Below, one piece after another: positions 12,561-25,187 of a DNA stretch of 64,000 nt (within the stretch, counting starts at the first letter, position 1; each line of letters opens with the position of its first letter). A program made the translations under genes and the position numbers. The stretch is from Octopus sinensis (lineage: Eukaryota), in assembly GCF_006345805.1 (NCBI RefSeq), contig NC_043007.1:45942001-46006000 (forward strand), read 5' to 3'. The notes under the pieces are model-generated. The model was not told where the DNA came from, ran no database searches, and saw only the letters and a program-made list of their open reading frames with translations.

Positions 12561-13139
12561 CTGAAAAGGTTTTATGAAATGCAGAATTGTTTTAAAAACA
12601 CTCCTGATGGAAGACGTTGACATTAGATTTTATTTCTGTTTGCTTTAGATTTTATGGTTTAATTGTATTAACCTTTCTGCATGACTTTCGAAAATGATGG
12701 AAGAACAGGAAAGTGATTAATACCAAACACTATATTAATTCCCAGTGCGTAAAAAAAGAGTAAACTTCGCTAATCCCACAAAGATTCAGGCTGTGGCGTA
12801 GAAGAGGATGGCATTTTTATTCTATGACATTAAATAAAATCGCTTCTTTGTAATGTACATGAATAAGTTATTGAAATTTCCCTGAAATATATAAACATAT
12901 ATTTGACCTTTCTATATTGTCGCGGCAAATGCTATTTTCAGTGCCTTGATTCAACTCGTTATACATATATTAGAATTTACACGACAGTAAATTTGTTATT
13001 TCATTTCTGGAGTATACTCTTGACTGCTCTTTAATTCGTGCCATTACAGATAAAGGAAGCATTTTGTGATGCTATATAGAGCTTTGAATAAGAAGATATT
13101 TTTAAAAAGTCGTTGATATAAGAAACACCTCAATACGAA

Positions 13140-13498
13140 TTTAAGCATTTTATCTGATCGAATTCATTCTATGTTTGAGGAACTGTCTCCGGAGGGAAAC
13201 GCAGTTTCTCAGGGTTATAATTACCAATTCACACAGCGAAAGTTCTTACCGAATGGCATGAGGAACGTTCTAGTGAGGTTGAACATCTTATCTGGCCAAC
13301 ACAATCCCCAGGTCTCAGTATTATTGAACATTTATGGTGCATTTTGAAACAAAGTTTCTTTGGAAGCAACTCAAACTTTGTACGAGTCCATACCTCGTAG
13401 AATTCAAGCTGCAATTACTGCCAAAGGCGTTCCTACCCCGTATGAATATAAATTTGTTTGAAATTTTAAGGTGTATCTACTATTTTTCCAACTCCTGT
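13140..13498 (+). mobile_element. Tc1-family transposon 3' fragment
   Basis: IHTAKVLTEWHEE..VEHLIWPTQSPGLSIIEHLWCILKQ (cf. WPSQSPDLNPIENLW, DD34E) and LYESIPRRIQAAITAKG.TPY, followed by a probable right TIR ending ...CTCCTGTG-TA. Confidence 0.85.
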
Positions 13499-13511
13499 GT
13501 ATATATATATC

Positions 13512-15398
13512 AATCAAACAGAACCCAAAAGTGTTCTATTCTTATGCAAATAAGCATAGAACCACTGTCTCACCCATTGGGTCATTGATTGATGATAACG
13601 GCATTCCCCAACACGATGCTAAAGAAATGGCAGAAATACTGCAGAAACAATACTACTCTGTCTTTAGTGTTCCCACTGATATTGACGTAAGAGAAGCGAA
13701 CGAAGTTGATTCCCAACATAAAATCTCAGACATAACCTTCACTGCCACTAACATCGTAGCAGCAATAAATGAGGTCAAATACTACTCTGCTGTAGGCCCT
13801 GATAGATTCCCCGCTAGTCTCCTGAAGGAATGTAGACACCAACTTGCAGTCCCTCTGACCAGCCACTGGAGAAATTCTTTAGATGCAGGTTATATACCGA
13901 AACAGTTTCTATCCCAGTCGGTCATCCGGTTTTCAAACAGGGAAACAGATCCCTCGCAGTCAACTATCGCCCAATCTCACTCACCTCCCACATCATTAAA
14001 GTGTTTGAAAGAGTGTTAAGATCAAGGATAGCTGACTTCCTGGAGACCCACAAACTCCTAAATGCAAATCAGCATGGCTTTCGCTGTGGCAGGGACTGTC
14101 TAACACAGCTCTTACACCACATTGAAGATGTACTCAAAGCCTTGGGAACAGGTTCGAACTCTGACGTCATATATCTTGACTTCAGTAAAGCGTTCGACAG
14201 AGTAGACCATAATATCCTACTCTCAAAATTGGCAAATGCTGGAATCAGTGGAAAAGTTCTACACTGGATTAAGTATTTCCTGGCGAATAGAACACAACAT
14301 GTTGTAGTTGATGGAGTCCACTCAAGCCCAGCAAAAGTCACCAGTGGTGTTCCCCAGGGGACTGTCTTGGGTCCGCTACTCTTCATAATTTACATAAACG
14401 ACCTTTCCAGTGTCGTACATTACGGCAAAGTGAAAATATTTGCTGATGACACTAAGCTGCAGCAAATCGTCAATGAAGAAGCAGACCGAACTCAACTCCA
14501 GTCTGATCTATATGCTGTGAGTCAATGGGCAGACAGAAACAAAATGCAACTGAACGAGGGAAAATTTGAGCTGATGCATTTTGGAAGAAATTCCTCACTA
14601 AAACAGCCATACTCTCTTCCTTCAGGGGAACTGCTCACAGCCTCTAGCAATATCAGAGACCTGGGTGTAATTGTTGATGACGATCTCAGTTGGAGTGCAC
14701 ACATCAACAAGAAGGTTGATATAGCTTGTAGGATGAGTTCCTGGATCTTAAGAACTTTCCGGTCCAGAGAACAACGTGTCATCATACCACTTTTCTCCTC
14801 CTTTGTACGCCCACTGTGGTCTCCCCATACAAGACAAAACATCTCCAGGATTGAGTCATCCCAGAGGGCACTCACTAAACGAATTGAAGGCATGGCTGCT
14901 CTCGATTATTGGGATCGCCTTAAAGCCTTGAACCTTTACTCTCTCCAGCGTCGCCGTGAGCGGTATATCATTTGTACGATGTGGAGAATATACCGCCAAC
15001 TTTGCTCAAACGACCTTAACATTAGCTTCAAGGCTCATCCAAGACTGGGACCACGGGCCATACGTCCCCTGCCCAATTCAAGATCACAGAATACATGTAC
15101 ACTGCAACATAATTTCTTTTCATCAACAGGCCCTGCCCTATTTAACATTGTCCCGAGGGAGATCAAAGAGGAAAAGGATCCCATCAACTTTAAACGGAGT
15201 CTGGATAGATTCCTTCAAAGAATACCAGATAAGCCATCCATAATTGGATACAACTTACCCAACAAGAACTCACTACTTGAATGGACCATAAACAAAACTT
15301 GACTTAAACAGGATTCGAATAATCCTATCAGGTGGTGCTATTAAGTTAGACATGGCCTGGAACAATTTTTGGTCGAAACATATCTAAGTTTATCTAAG

Positions 15399-15400
<2 letters not shown>
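13512..15400 (+). mobile_element. 5'-truncated CR1-type LINE, relatively young
   Basis: KQNPKVFYSYANK, SAVGPDRFPASLLKEC, one frameshift near 13926 (VIPVFKQGNRSLAVNYRPISLTS), then a 433-aa open RT, 3' UTR and an (ATCTAAGTT)2/(TA)n tail. Confidence 0.95.
14001..15302 (+). pseudogene. LINE reverse transcriptase C-terminal part (433 aa open frame)
   Basis: NQHGFR, YLDFSKAFDRVDH, GVPQGTVLGPLLFIIYINDL, IFADDTKL, RDLGVIVD, YSLQRRRER. A small in-frame deletion at FVRPLWSP lacks the usual LEYC residues. Confidence 0.95.
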
Positions 15401-15439
<39 letters not shown>

Positions 15440-16260
15440 GAATATATTGGTACTGGACGTCACCAACGATGCAAATAACATGAAATACGTAAATAAACGT
15501 GTTAAATACGGAAGTAACGAGAAAAAGTTGAAAACAATACAAGTAAACACAGAGAAAGGACCTTTCAGCAGTTGTCGGTTGTCTATCTACCCCTCATTTC
15601 GAGCATTCAACGACAATCTGATATTCTCAAAAATAGTTGCTCCCATAAATTCTAAAATAAAATTTTGGATTTATGTAGGATCGAAGCTGGGAATAAAGAG
15701 ATGACAATAGAGACATACAAGGAAACCAAAAGAAAACAAACAGAGAGGGTCGTCAGGCTAGTAGGAGAGAAACAGAGTGAACGCTGGAAATAACTCTTTT
15801 TTGAAAAGAGAAAAGATAAAAGAGAGTGAGAAAAAAGTCCGTACAGAAAAAGAAATATGGTCAGGTAAAGGAAACAAAGATGGACGATGGTCACGTGTGA
15901 GCAACGAGAGAGAGAAAAAGAGAAAGAGGGAGAGAAACGCTGGGGGAGGGAGGGGAAGAAAAAGGAAAGTAGAGAAGGATGGAGGAAGAAAACATTAGTG
16001 AATCTCGAAGCATATAAATAAAGCTATAAAAGCAGCGTGTAATATATGTTTAAAAATCTCTGAATAGAAAAGTATGTTACCCACTGGACTCGGCCCCACA
16101 TCCCTTGTAAGTATGACTAATTACACACACACCGCACATGCATATATATATATATATATATATACAACATAACAGGTGTTGTAACTGATTACGTGGGCTC
16201 CAAGTTTATAGCCGAGACGGTAGTTATGGAGCCATTGCAGATTTCCGATATGGCGGATAT

Positions 16261-16592
16261 ATAAATGTTAAAGAGGACAACAACCGTTAAGGCAAGGCAA
16301 ATGTTTCAAGTTATATACATTATTATTATTGGAAAGAAATTCAAAGTCTTACAGTTGTTTCTGGGATGTCCCAGTGTATGGGATATTCTGTCATTGGAGA
16401 GAAATAGGGAAAATGAGAAGAGTCTAGATTAGCCATTCTCATTTTCCCTATTCGCCTCCGATGACGGAATATCTGAGATATCCCAGAAACAGTTATAAGA
16501 CTTTGAATTTTTCCAATAATAATAATGTATATGACTTTCCAATAATAATAATGTGTGCCTTGGCTTAACGTTTATTGTCTTGTTTAGCAATT
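16261..16592. mobile_element. Foldback/MITE-like inverted-repeat element in TA repeats
   Basis: Arms ~16261-16419 and 16436-16592 are imperfect reverse complements (e.g. attattattggaaa..ttcaaagtctta / taagactttgaatttttccaataataat). Confidence 0.8.
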
Positions 16593-17910
16593 ATATATAT
16601 ATATATATAAATGAGTAACAGTAGAGGTAGGTACAGGTGTCAATCCATTACGGCCATTTCTAACGACTTCTTTAATTTATTAATGAAAACATTACATCAT
16701 TGTAAAGAAACCGTTTTCGTCAGATGGATTCATGAACATCAAAATAATGGACGTTCGAAATTATTTAACATAGTTTAAAATCCACGGAGCAAAATCAATC
16801 ATTTACACTGATTCTGCTACTACTTCAGTTGACCGAATGGATTTACCAAAATAGTATATATTTGATCATAATAGAGAAAAATAAAGTTTAGTAGAGTTTT
16901 TTAGGAGGGGAAAGGAATAATTGACTCCAGTGACTACTTAACTTTACTTCTAACAAGAGAGGAAGGCGCGGCTCCATTAGTCTAGGTTTATCTATTAAGG
17001 AGTTGTAAAAATCTATTGGTCAGTTGTAAGAAAATTTGGTATTGTGAAGTCAACCTACTAAATTATCTTGGTCGTTTGTGATGGGACCAACATATAAGCT
17101 TTATTTCTAAGGCAGAGATAGTAAGGGATAGAGGAGGCAGGATAGGGAGAAAAAAGAAAGAAAGCTGACCAACCATTACTAATTACCATAATATTAATAA
17201 AGGAAGATATCTCTAAACTATGACTGGGAATCATTGCATGGGAATAAAACGAATCTGCTACAACTAATATAGCAAGGAAAATTACAACAAGGGAAATTGA
17301 AAATTAAATATAGGCAAATAATTAAAAGGTACTTAAAATTACAAGTAAAAGAGATGCTTTAAGATATAAAAGTATTAAGGAAATTAAAATTTTAAAGTTA
17401 AAAATGAAAATATATGAAATCCCTAAAATAAAAGTAAATTTTTTTTAACATACTCACCTATTAAGGGTGGCTAACGATAAGACATATCAAATATTAAGTA
17501 TCAAATATAAAATAAATAAATAAATATTATTTAAAATATATTAAGGTGTAAAAATATAAGGTATATGTAAAAGGTAAAAATATATGATAATTATAAAAAT
17601 ATATCAGAATTATATAAAACTGTACTAATAAAAATAAAAATAAACAATAAAAATAAGATGATACTAAATATAAAAAAAAAGTTTTTATATTACACACATT
17701 AAAAATAAAAGAATAAAGAACTTTTGATGTTATATGTTGGAAGTAGGAAAGAGTGATGTTAATAATAACCGTAGATAAAAGTATAGTAAAACAAGTTTTT
17801 GTGCGAAAAATTTAAGTCCATTAACAATAAAAAATTAAAAAAATATAATTTTATATCAACAATATATAAAAGATACTAACTTGGAAAGGGGTAGATATAT
17901 ATTATAATAT

Positions 17911-18075
17911 TCTTTTCTACTCTAGGCACAAGGCCCGAAATTTTTGGGGAGCTTGCTAGTCGATTAGATCGAACCCTGTACTCAACTGGTACTTAATTTA
18001 TCGACCCCGAAAAGATTAAAGGCGAAGTCGACCTCGACGGAATTTGAAATCACAACGTAAAGACAGACGAAATAT
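17911..18075 (-). mobile_element. tRNA-derived SINE body (GGCGGCGAGC family)
   Basis: ttcttttctactctaggcacaaggcccgaaa...gtcgattagatcga...tttatcgaccccgaaa...gtcgacctcgacggaatttgaa matches the reverse complement of 28800-28967. Confidence 0.88.
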
Positions 18076-18444
18076 ATATATTATAATATTACATAGGGAG
18101 GATAAATTACTGGGCAATTTAAGCTTAAATAAATTATTGTGTTATAATTTAAGCCTAAGAATAGTTATTTCATATTATAAGTTATAAATGGCCAACTATC
18201 GAAAGAAAACTATAACTAGGATACGTTAAATAAAAGACAGTAAATATATCTAATAAAATGTACATGTCTGAATAGCTTAAGAGCAGATATCCCCTCTCAG
18301 CTGGTCTAATTGTCTACATATACTGCAAGAATATTTTCGACTGGTACTTAGATACCAAGTTCTATATTTACATAACATTGTGGTGTATGTATGCTATTCC
18401 GACCTAAGACGATGCCTCAATTTAAGTACCTAATTCAACTGAAT

Positions 18445-18477
<33 letters not shown>

Positions 18478-18619
18478 CGCGCAGGTGTAACTTCCTTCAC
18501 GGTTCCAACTTCGGTCTCACTGCATGGCAACTTGAAGTGTCTTCTGCTATAGCTTCATTAGCCTCGGGCTGACCAAAGCCTTGTGAGTGGATTTGGTGGA
18601 CGAAAATTGGAAGCCTGTC

Positions 18620-18677
<58 letters not shown>

Positions 18678-18694
18678 TGTGTGGTGTGTGTGTG

Positions 18695-18744
<50 letters not shown>

Positions 18745-18950
18745 TGTGTGTGTGTTGAGTATTTGTCCCCTTACGACCGTTGTTGGTGTGTTTACGTCCC
18801 AGTAACTTAGCATTTCGGCGAAAGCGACAGACAGAATAAGTACTAGGCTTAATAAATAAGTCCTAGGTTTGATTTGTTCGATTAAAACCCTTGTAAGCGG
18901 TGCACCAGCAAGGTCGCAATCACATGACTGAAACAAGTAAAATAAAAATC
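18478..18950 (+). mobile_element. SINE with internal (TA)n(TG)n microsatellite and conserved 3' module
   Basis: Body ...gaccaaagccttgtgagtggatttgg...gtcgtatata, then microsatellite, then tggtgtgtttacgtccc...gactgaaacaagtaaaa. Same layout on the minus strand at 52917-53263. Confidence 0.85.
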
Positions 18951-18957
18951 TCACATG

Positions 18958-19013
<56 letters not shown>

Positions 19014-19032
19014 CATATACATGCATATAAAG

Positions 19033-19075
<43 letters not shown>

Positions 19076-19080
<5 letters not shown>

Positions 19081-19397
19081 GAAATGAAGAAAATGCTGAC
19101 AAAATAATTGAAGTAATTTAAGTAATTTAATTAGGTGAAAGTTCTTTTTACCGGTTGCGCATTTGTTATGCTTATCAAAATATAAAAGAGAGATTAGAGT
19201 TCCTTCCTGATAGATTTTTTCCTCTTATAAGGAAAAATAAGAGATAAGAGGAAAAAATCTATCAGGAAGGAACTCTAATCTCTCTTTTATATTTTGATAA
19301 GCATAACAAATACGCAACCGGTAAAAAGAACTTTCACCTAATTAAATTACTTAAATTACTTCAATTATTTTGTCAGCATTTTCTTCATTTTCTTTTT
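19076..19397. repeat. Near-perfect long palindrome (about 153-bp arms, 15-bp spacer) flanked by (TA)n
   Basis: Arm 19076-19228 versus 19244-~19397: two mismatches by eye. Spacer AAGGAAAAATAAGAG. Confidence 0.95.
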
Positions 19398-19432
19398 TAT
19401 ATATCACAACTCGTGTTCGACATGTCCTTTTT

Positions 19433-19528
<96 letters not shown>

Positions 19529-19619
19529 TCCCGACGAAAACATTGCTTTACAGTATATATCAAGAAAAAAAAGTCCTTGTATAACCAACCCCAAATGTCA
19601 TCTTACCAGGTTTTGATGG

Positions 19620-20300
19620 TACGATCTCAGATAGACCTCTCGAAAGAGTAGAAAAGTTTCCATATTTAGGCAACAGTTTAACACAAAGTGCACTCTGGGA
19701 AGAGATGTGGAGCATAGAATTGAAGCTGCACTTGAGGAAAAGGTAACCAAATGTGCTTTCACCAGCAAAGATCGTATTTTAACAATGTAAATTATGCATT
19801 ATAAGTCTATTTTCATTTCATCCTTGCAAGACGGATGTGAAACCTGCATTCTAAACCGTCGTGACATCCAAAATTTAGAACGTTTTCGCCAACAAAAGCT
19901 TCGCTCAAATCTTGAGCATCAAATTGGAAGAGAATGTGATCAACAACAACTTTCTGGAGAGAGGTAACGGTCAAGGTATCGAATCGCTGACCATGAAACA
20001 TCGTTTTCGAGGGACAGGACATGCAGTCAAGTTTCTCACGTCAAGTCTTATTCAGTGAGATCATTTCATGAAAAAGAGCATTTGGTTGCCCTCTTCAAAG
20101 ATACAAGTACCCATGCAAAGCAACTGGAATTGAAATGAAATCTTTTGAAACACAAGCCCAAGACCGAATCAAGTGGAGGTGTTTCATCACCATCGGAACC
20201 AAAAACGTCGCAGAAATCGAAGACAGGAGGGAAAATCAACCACGCCCTCCACCAACAGTGCCATGCACTCAATTCCATTGATTTTTCTCTGCAAGAATTG
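19620..20300 (+). mobile_element. RTE-clade LINE 3' RT fragment, decayed
   Basis: LERVEKFPYLGNSL, DGCETCILNRRDIQNLERFRQQKLRS, TQAQDRIKWR-like motifs across frames. Confidence 0.8.
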
Positions 20301-21765
20301 GTCTACAGATTCAGCAATGGTATCACGATAAAGGAAGCTTTCAGCAAAGAATAAAATAAATACTAGATAAAACCGATGAAGACGACGACATATTGTCAAT
20401 GCTAATGAAATAGAGATGAATGTTGAACACCTTGTATATAGTTATTTACTCTCAGCATTTAACATGTAATAATTATTATTTAACGTATTCAATCTCATGT
20501 TGATGAGGTTGTTATTTTGATAAATTTCCCCATTCGTGTTGCTGTTATCCTATCACGCCCTTCATATTATAGCCGATAGCCTGGGTAGTCCAGAAAACGA
20601 TCCAATTGATTCCAACCCTGAATGGTTCTTTGTTCTACGATTATCCTGGTTATTGTGTAATTCTGTTTGCAAATAATGTTGCATGTGTAATATGTGATTA
20701 GAGGAAAACCTGACATATTTCAAGCGAGTACATATTCTTTTGTTTACTCTGAGTTCTCATGTTTTCCAATCTTATGTCATTTATACACTAAATTTTTTCT
20801 GATAAAACTTTGTGGTCGAATCATTTTCAATGATGTATCCCTATGACATTCCATTTGAATATATGTTCGTAGGATAGGTGAGGAGATTACCCCAAGATAA
20901 TTTTTTTATCAGTACAAAGTTCGATGTAACCTATGTGCAAGGCCAGTTTCTCTTCGAGGCAGTGACTAATGGTGATTCCCTTGCGAGTATCAAATCAATG
21001 TATTGGGAGGAGGAATGATATTTTTGTGGATATGTTTTACAGGATATAATATGTTGTTAGATACAATGAAGTCTTAGATTAGAAACATCAGTACGATAAT
21101 TTAAATTCTTTTTCCAACTGGCAATTAATAGTAAGAAGAAATTATTCACGTTGTGATAAGCCATAATGAAAGATTTTGAAATAGAGTTATAAACTTCAAT
21201 TTATATTGAAATTAGAAATAAAAGCTTTGCTATGATATTAATAAATTAAGAATGAAAATATTTTGCAGCATAACTTGAAATAAATTTGATGTACCCTCGC
21301 GGACAGATTATGAAGTCTGCTAATCGGAAAAGATCGTTAGTTTCGCTTCAATTTGCATCAACAGTTATATAAACAAATACTAGGGATTAATGTGGACTAG
21401 TTAAGATTTCGATATTACTAATGAATTATAATCGACATTAATATCTTTTTAGCATTCTATCTACAACTTTCAAAATTCAAAAGCAACAAATAGAAACGAT
21501 AAAATTGCAACAGAAAATAGAGGATTGCCCAAAGATTTGGCATTTTTAAAAGATAATTTGATGAATAATAAGATTATATGTGATATCGTCGTACATAGTT
21601 TGGCACCGCGAAGTCGAAATATCATTATATTCTCGCTAAATGGTAATTTAGCGCACCGGACAAATAACGTTCTTTACTTTACACTTTACACACGCACAGA
21701 CATACACACATAAGACGCACACACACACTTACACACATATATGTATATACAAATATGAACATGTG

Positions 21766-21798
<33 letters not shown>

Positions 21799-22380
21799 TC
21801 ATATATGTATGTATATATATATACATATATACACGCACATACAAATATCCGCTATTTCGTTATCGTTTTATGCAAAGCGTGCATTAAAATCTAATAAGGA
21901 TGATTTTCAACCATTATTGACTATTGTTATTAGCGATATTAATATTATTTTTGCTCTTGGTTTAATCAGGAAATGAGAACAAGAATTTTACCAATCAAAC
22001 TCTCTGGAGAAGGTGCATACATTTCCACCATCTTTATTGACAGGAATACTAATGACAGAAAACTATAACATTTGACAGTAACCAAAAAACAAATTTCCTC
22101 GACATCATAGACAAAGCAAATTCATCGAAGAAGCAACCACGCACAAATACAACATATATACACATGTGTATGTATATACATAACTAAAAAAGGTGCATTA
22201 TATGTAAGTGTGTGCGCTTGTTCGTGTATATATGTATTTGTGTTTGTGTAACTATATATAAGTGCACATACGCATACACACAGAAGCATACATACATACT
22301 CACACACACGCACACAGAGACAAAGACACAGACAGACAGACAGACACAGACACACACACACATACACACGCATATATATA

Positions 22381-22455
<75 letters not shown>

Positions 22456-22954
22456 TGTTGTGATGGGATTCTTAATCTAGCGAGGCCATTACTCTCTATC
22501 AGTCTACCTTTGGTCTGTCTGCAGAATACCCCCAACCGTGGCAGAAAATAATATTCATACAGGGAAGAGATGTCCCTGTGTGTGGCGATTGCTACACCCG
22601 CGTGTTAGCTTGCAAGTTTCGTACTGGTGCACATTTTGTGAGAAGAAAAGAAAACAGTTCCCAGCCTTCTTAAAATATCTGTTGAGATCCATGATCCAAG
22701 GAGAACAATCGCTTGCTATATATTCTTATTTGTCGAGGGAGCTTTCATACAAAGCCCTGTTCGACCAATGCTTTTCTACAGGAAAACATCAAACTGATGG
22801 TGAATGGTGCGAATGGTGAACTTATAATGATAAAGAATAATCTCAGGAGTAAGATAACACCTCGAACAAAGGAGTGCGCCTACCTTTATTGCATCCTATT
22901 TGGCAATATATTCAATGTAAGTCCTCCAAGAAAAATCATTACTGAAAATGACTC

Positions 22955-23300
22955 CTAGGAGTTGAAGAGAATAGCTATCAGGTAAGTCAATACCATCCAT
23001 CGAAACCGGTGGCAAGAAAGGGTGTCTGAAGCGATTAATTGAAAGAAGTTTAGTTTTCGATGGAGTAGTCGTTACAAGTCCCTACCCAACTCAACAATAG
23101 ATCCCAATATCATTCTCAAGGTTACCAGTGATCTCAACTTTATCAGGCAAGTCGTCAGGTTTGTCCAAACAAGAGTACAAAGTAGAGTCGTCAGCATAGA
23201 TTACTAGCTGACAGATGATATGATCAGGTATATCATTAATTAAAGAAGAGTGTTGGGCCCAGGACAGAAGCGTGAGGAATCCCAGCGTTAATAGAATAAC
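22955..23300 (-). mobile_element. CR1/Jockey-group LINE RT fragment
   Basis: LINDIPDHIICQLVIYADDSTLYSCLD (YADD), followed by KTKLLSINRFR..MDGIDLPDS..LQLLG. Confidence 0.8.
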
Positions 23301-23349
23301 TAGATGAAGATTGACCATCAAGTAAGAAATCCAGCTCTAAGAACATTTA

Positions 23350-25187
23350 AAAAATTCGTATGGCAAATGAACATTTTGGCTGACTTGAAAGATCTAGAAG
23401 TTATTATTTTGAAAGAAAGACTTGCTAAGGGCATTACTGCAGATTATTTGATATAAAACAACAAGCATTCTGCCGTAGGAAATGCTATTCCAGTGCAACC
23501 AGCTCAGACCATCTGCAGAGAAAAAAGGTTAGATATGATGCAACAATAGTAAAAGAGACAACATCACCCCTTAAATGCAAGCGCGGTCGCCCATCCATCA
23601 CACCTCCCAATGGTCAAGAGCCATCAGTCTCATCTGGCTCTTTCACAAGATCAAAATCATTCCAAAGACCTAAATGCTTCTTTTACCAAGGGAAATAATC
23701 AGGAAAGGTACATGCATGCAACACTGAGAATATTGGGAATCAAATATATGAAATTGTGCAGGAAAGTGATAATGACAGCTGGGATGTATACCATTCAGTA
23801 ATCATAGCTAAGATACACTGCTATGAAAAGATATAATATAATGCAAAATATTGTATGACAAAACAGTGAGTAATGTATTGCTCTTCTAAAGCGTCTAGAA
23901 GCACCAGTGGAAGATTTCTTACTGATACAAAAGAAACAAAGCATTACAAGAGAAATTGAATTCTTTGCAGATTTACAACTGTTTTTAGAAGGTGACAAAA
24001 TTATGTCTACAATATAGGTAGAGAAGTTCAACAAAGAATGCATGAATGACGATGGTATAATTAATGTAGGAATAAATCGTACACATGGAAACGAAAAGAT
24101 TTTGAAACACTGGAAAATTACCAAATTTTATAAGACCTGTTGTTTGAAACAAACCAGTATTAATTCTTAGTGAGCACTCCTCTTCTATAGCTGGATGTAC
24201 CCAGTCAAGAGAAAGACATTCAAAAGCTTTTTGATGCAAGCAGGATAATAAGACATGCAATTCATAAAGTCAGAAATAACCATTGAAACTTTAGGGATTC
24301 CCTGAATGAGGGTGAAATATATATACCACATGAGCTGTATTCATTGCTCCGTTGGATTATTGAAGGTACGAGGATTGGGACAAGGAAAGATGGAAGAAAT
24401 ACAACCAACATAATATGCCAAAATTTAGCACAACAAATAATCCAGGTTCACAAGTCATACAAATGCACAAATGTCATACAAGGCAAAATCTGATGTTTAT
24501 AAATATCATTCGGCAACTGAAACACAACTTACATGTGGAATTTCCTTGCATTACAAACATGCACACAGAAGCAAGAGAGAAATTTGGCTTTCTTCACCAT
24601 GTTGGATTTGGGATACAAACAACAAGGTAACAAAACATATTTCACAGATTGATTGTACAGTGAAGGACAATTTGAAGAAACATGAAGGAATATATATTCC
24701 AGCTAATCTTAGCAAGGACAAACCTATTATGGGGCCACCGGACAACATTGACAGTCAGGTAGACATTGCAGATGGTAGAAACTCTTTTTATGGCACAGAC
24801 ATGGCTGTATACGAGGAAATAACCCATACTAGAGAGGAGATTTTCAGTGACCCATTACATCTCAATCAAGTTACTAACTTGAAATGGGTAGACGTACCCA
24901 AGTCACTACTAGATGTAAAAGAGACTAACACTACTGGAAATCCAACACATTACCAAAGTCCACATTATCCAGACTTCCAGCTAGGTCAGTATGACGAAGA
25001 ATCCATGGCAGCAGAGGAAATTGATTTGGCATGGCTACTGGCCAGACATTTCAATAGACAGATATGTAAGACCAGGAATCTAGAGGATCGTGAATTTGAG
25101 ACACGTGCCTCTAGTGAAACTTACGAACCAACAATTGAATCTGAAGATATTGAAGTTACAGATCTTCCTGTCGTCTTGTATTACTAA
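23350..25187 (+). pseudogene. Large DNA-transposase-like relic, tentatively Academ-like
   Basis: ORF 24471-25187: ETQLTCGISLHYKHAHRSK...GIYIPANLSKDKPIMGPPDNIDSQVDIADGRNSFYGTDMAVYE. Upstream frames contain CFFYQ and RKCY Cys motifs. Resembles the 'DNID..T.DGK.T.HG' transposases as recalled; superfamily not verified. Confidence 0.55.

Noticed and set aside
17200-17880. Strongly A-skewed, C-poor tract (possible NUMT or PLE UTR)
   Set aside because: No recognisable mitochondrial gene, tRNA or intact ribozyme motif.
20520-21100. Possible minus-strand PLE relic
   Set aside because: Only faint motif resemblance (LKYVRFSSNH); too decayed to support.
22500-22920. Possible L1/Tx1-like RT relic
   Set aside because: Scattered partial motifs in shifting frames; not convincing without a search.
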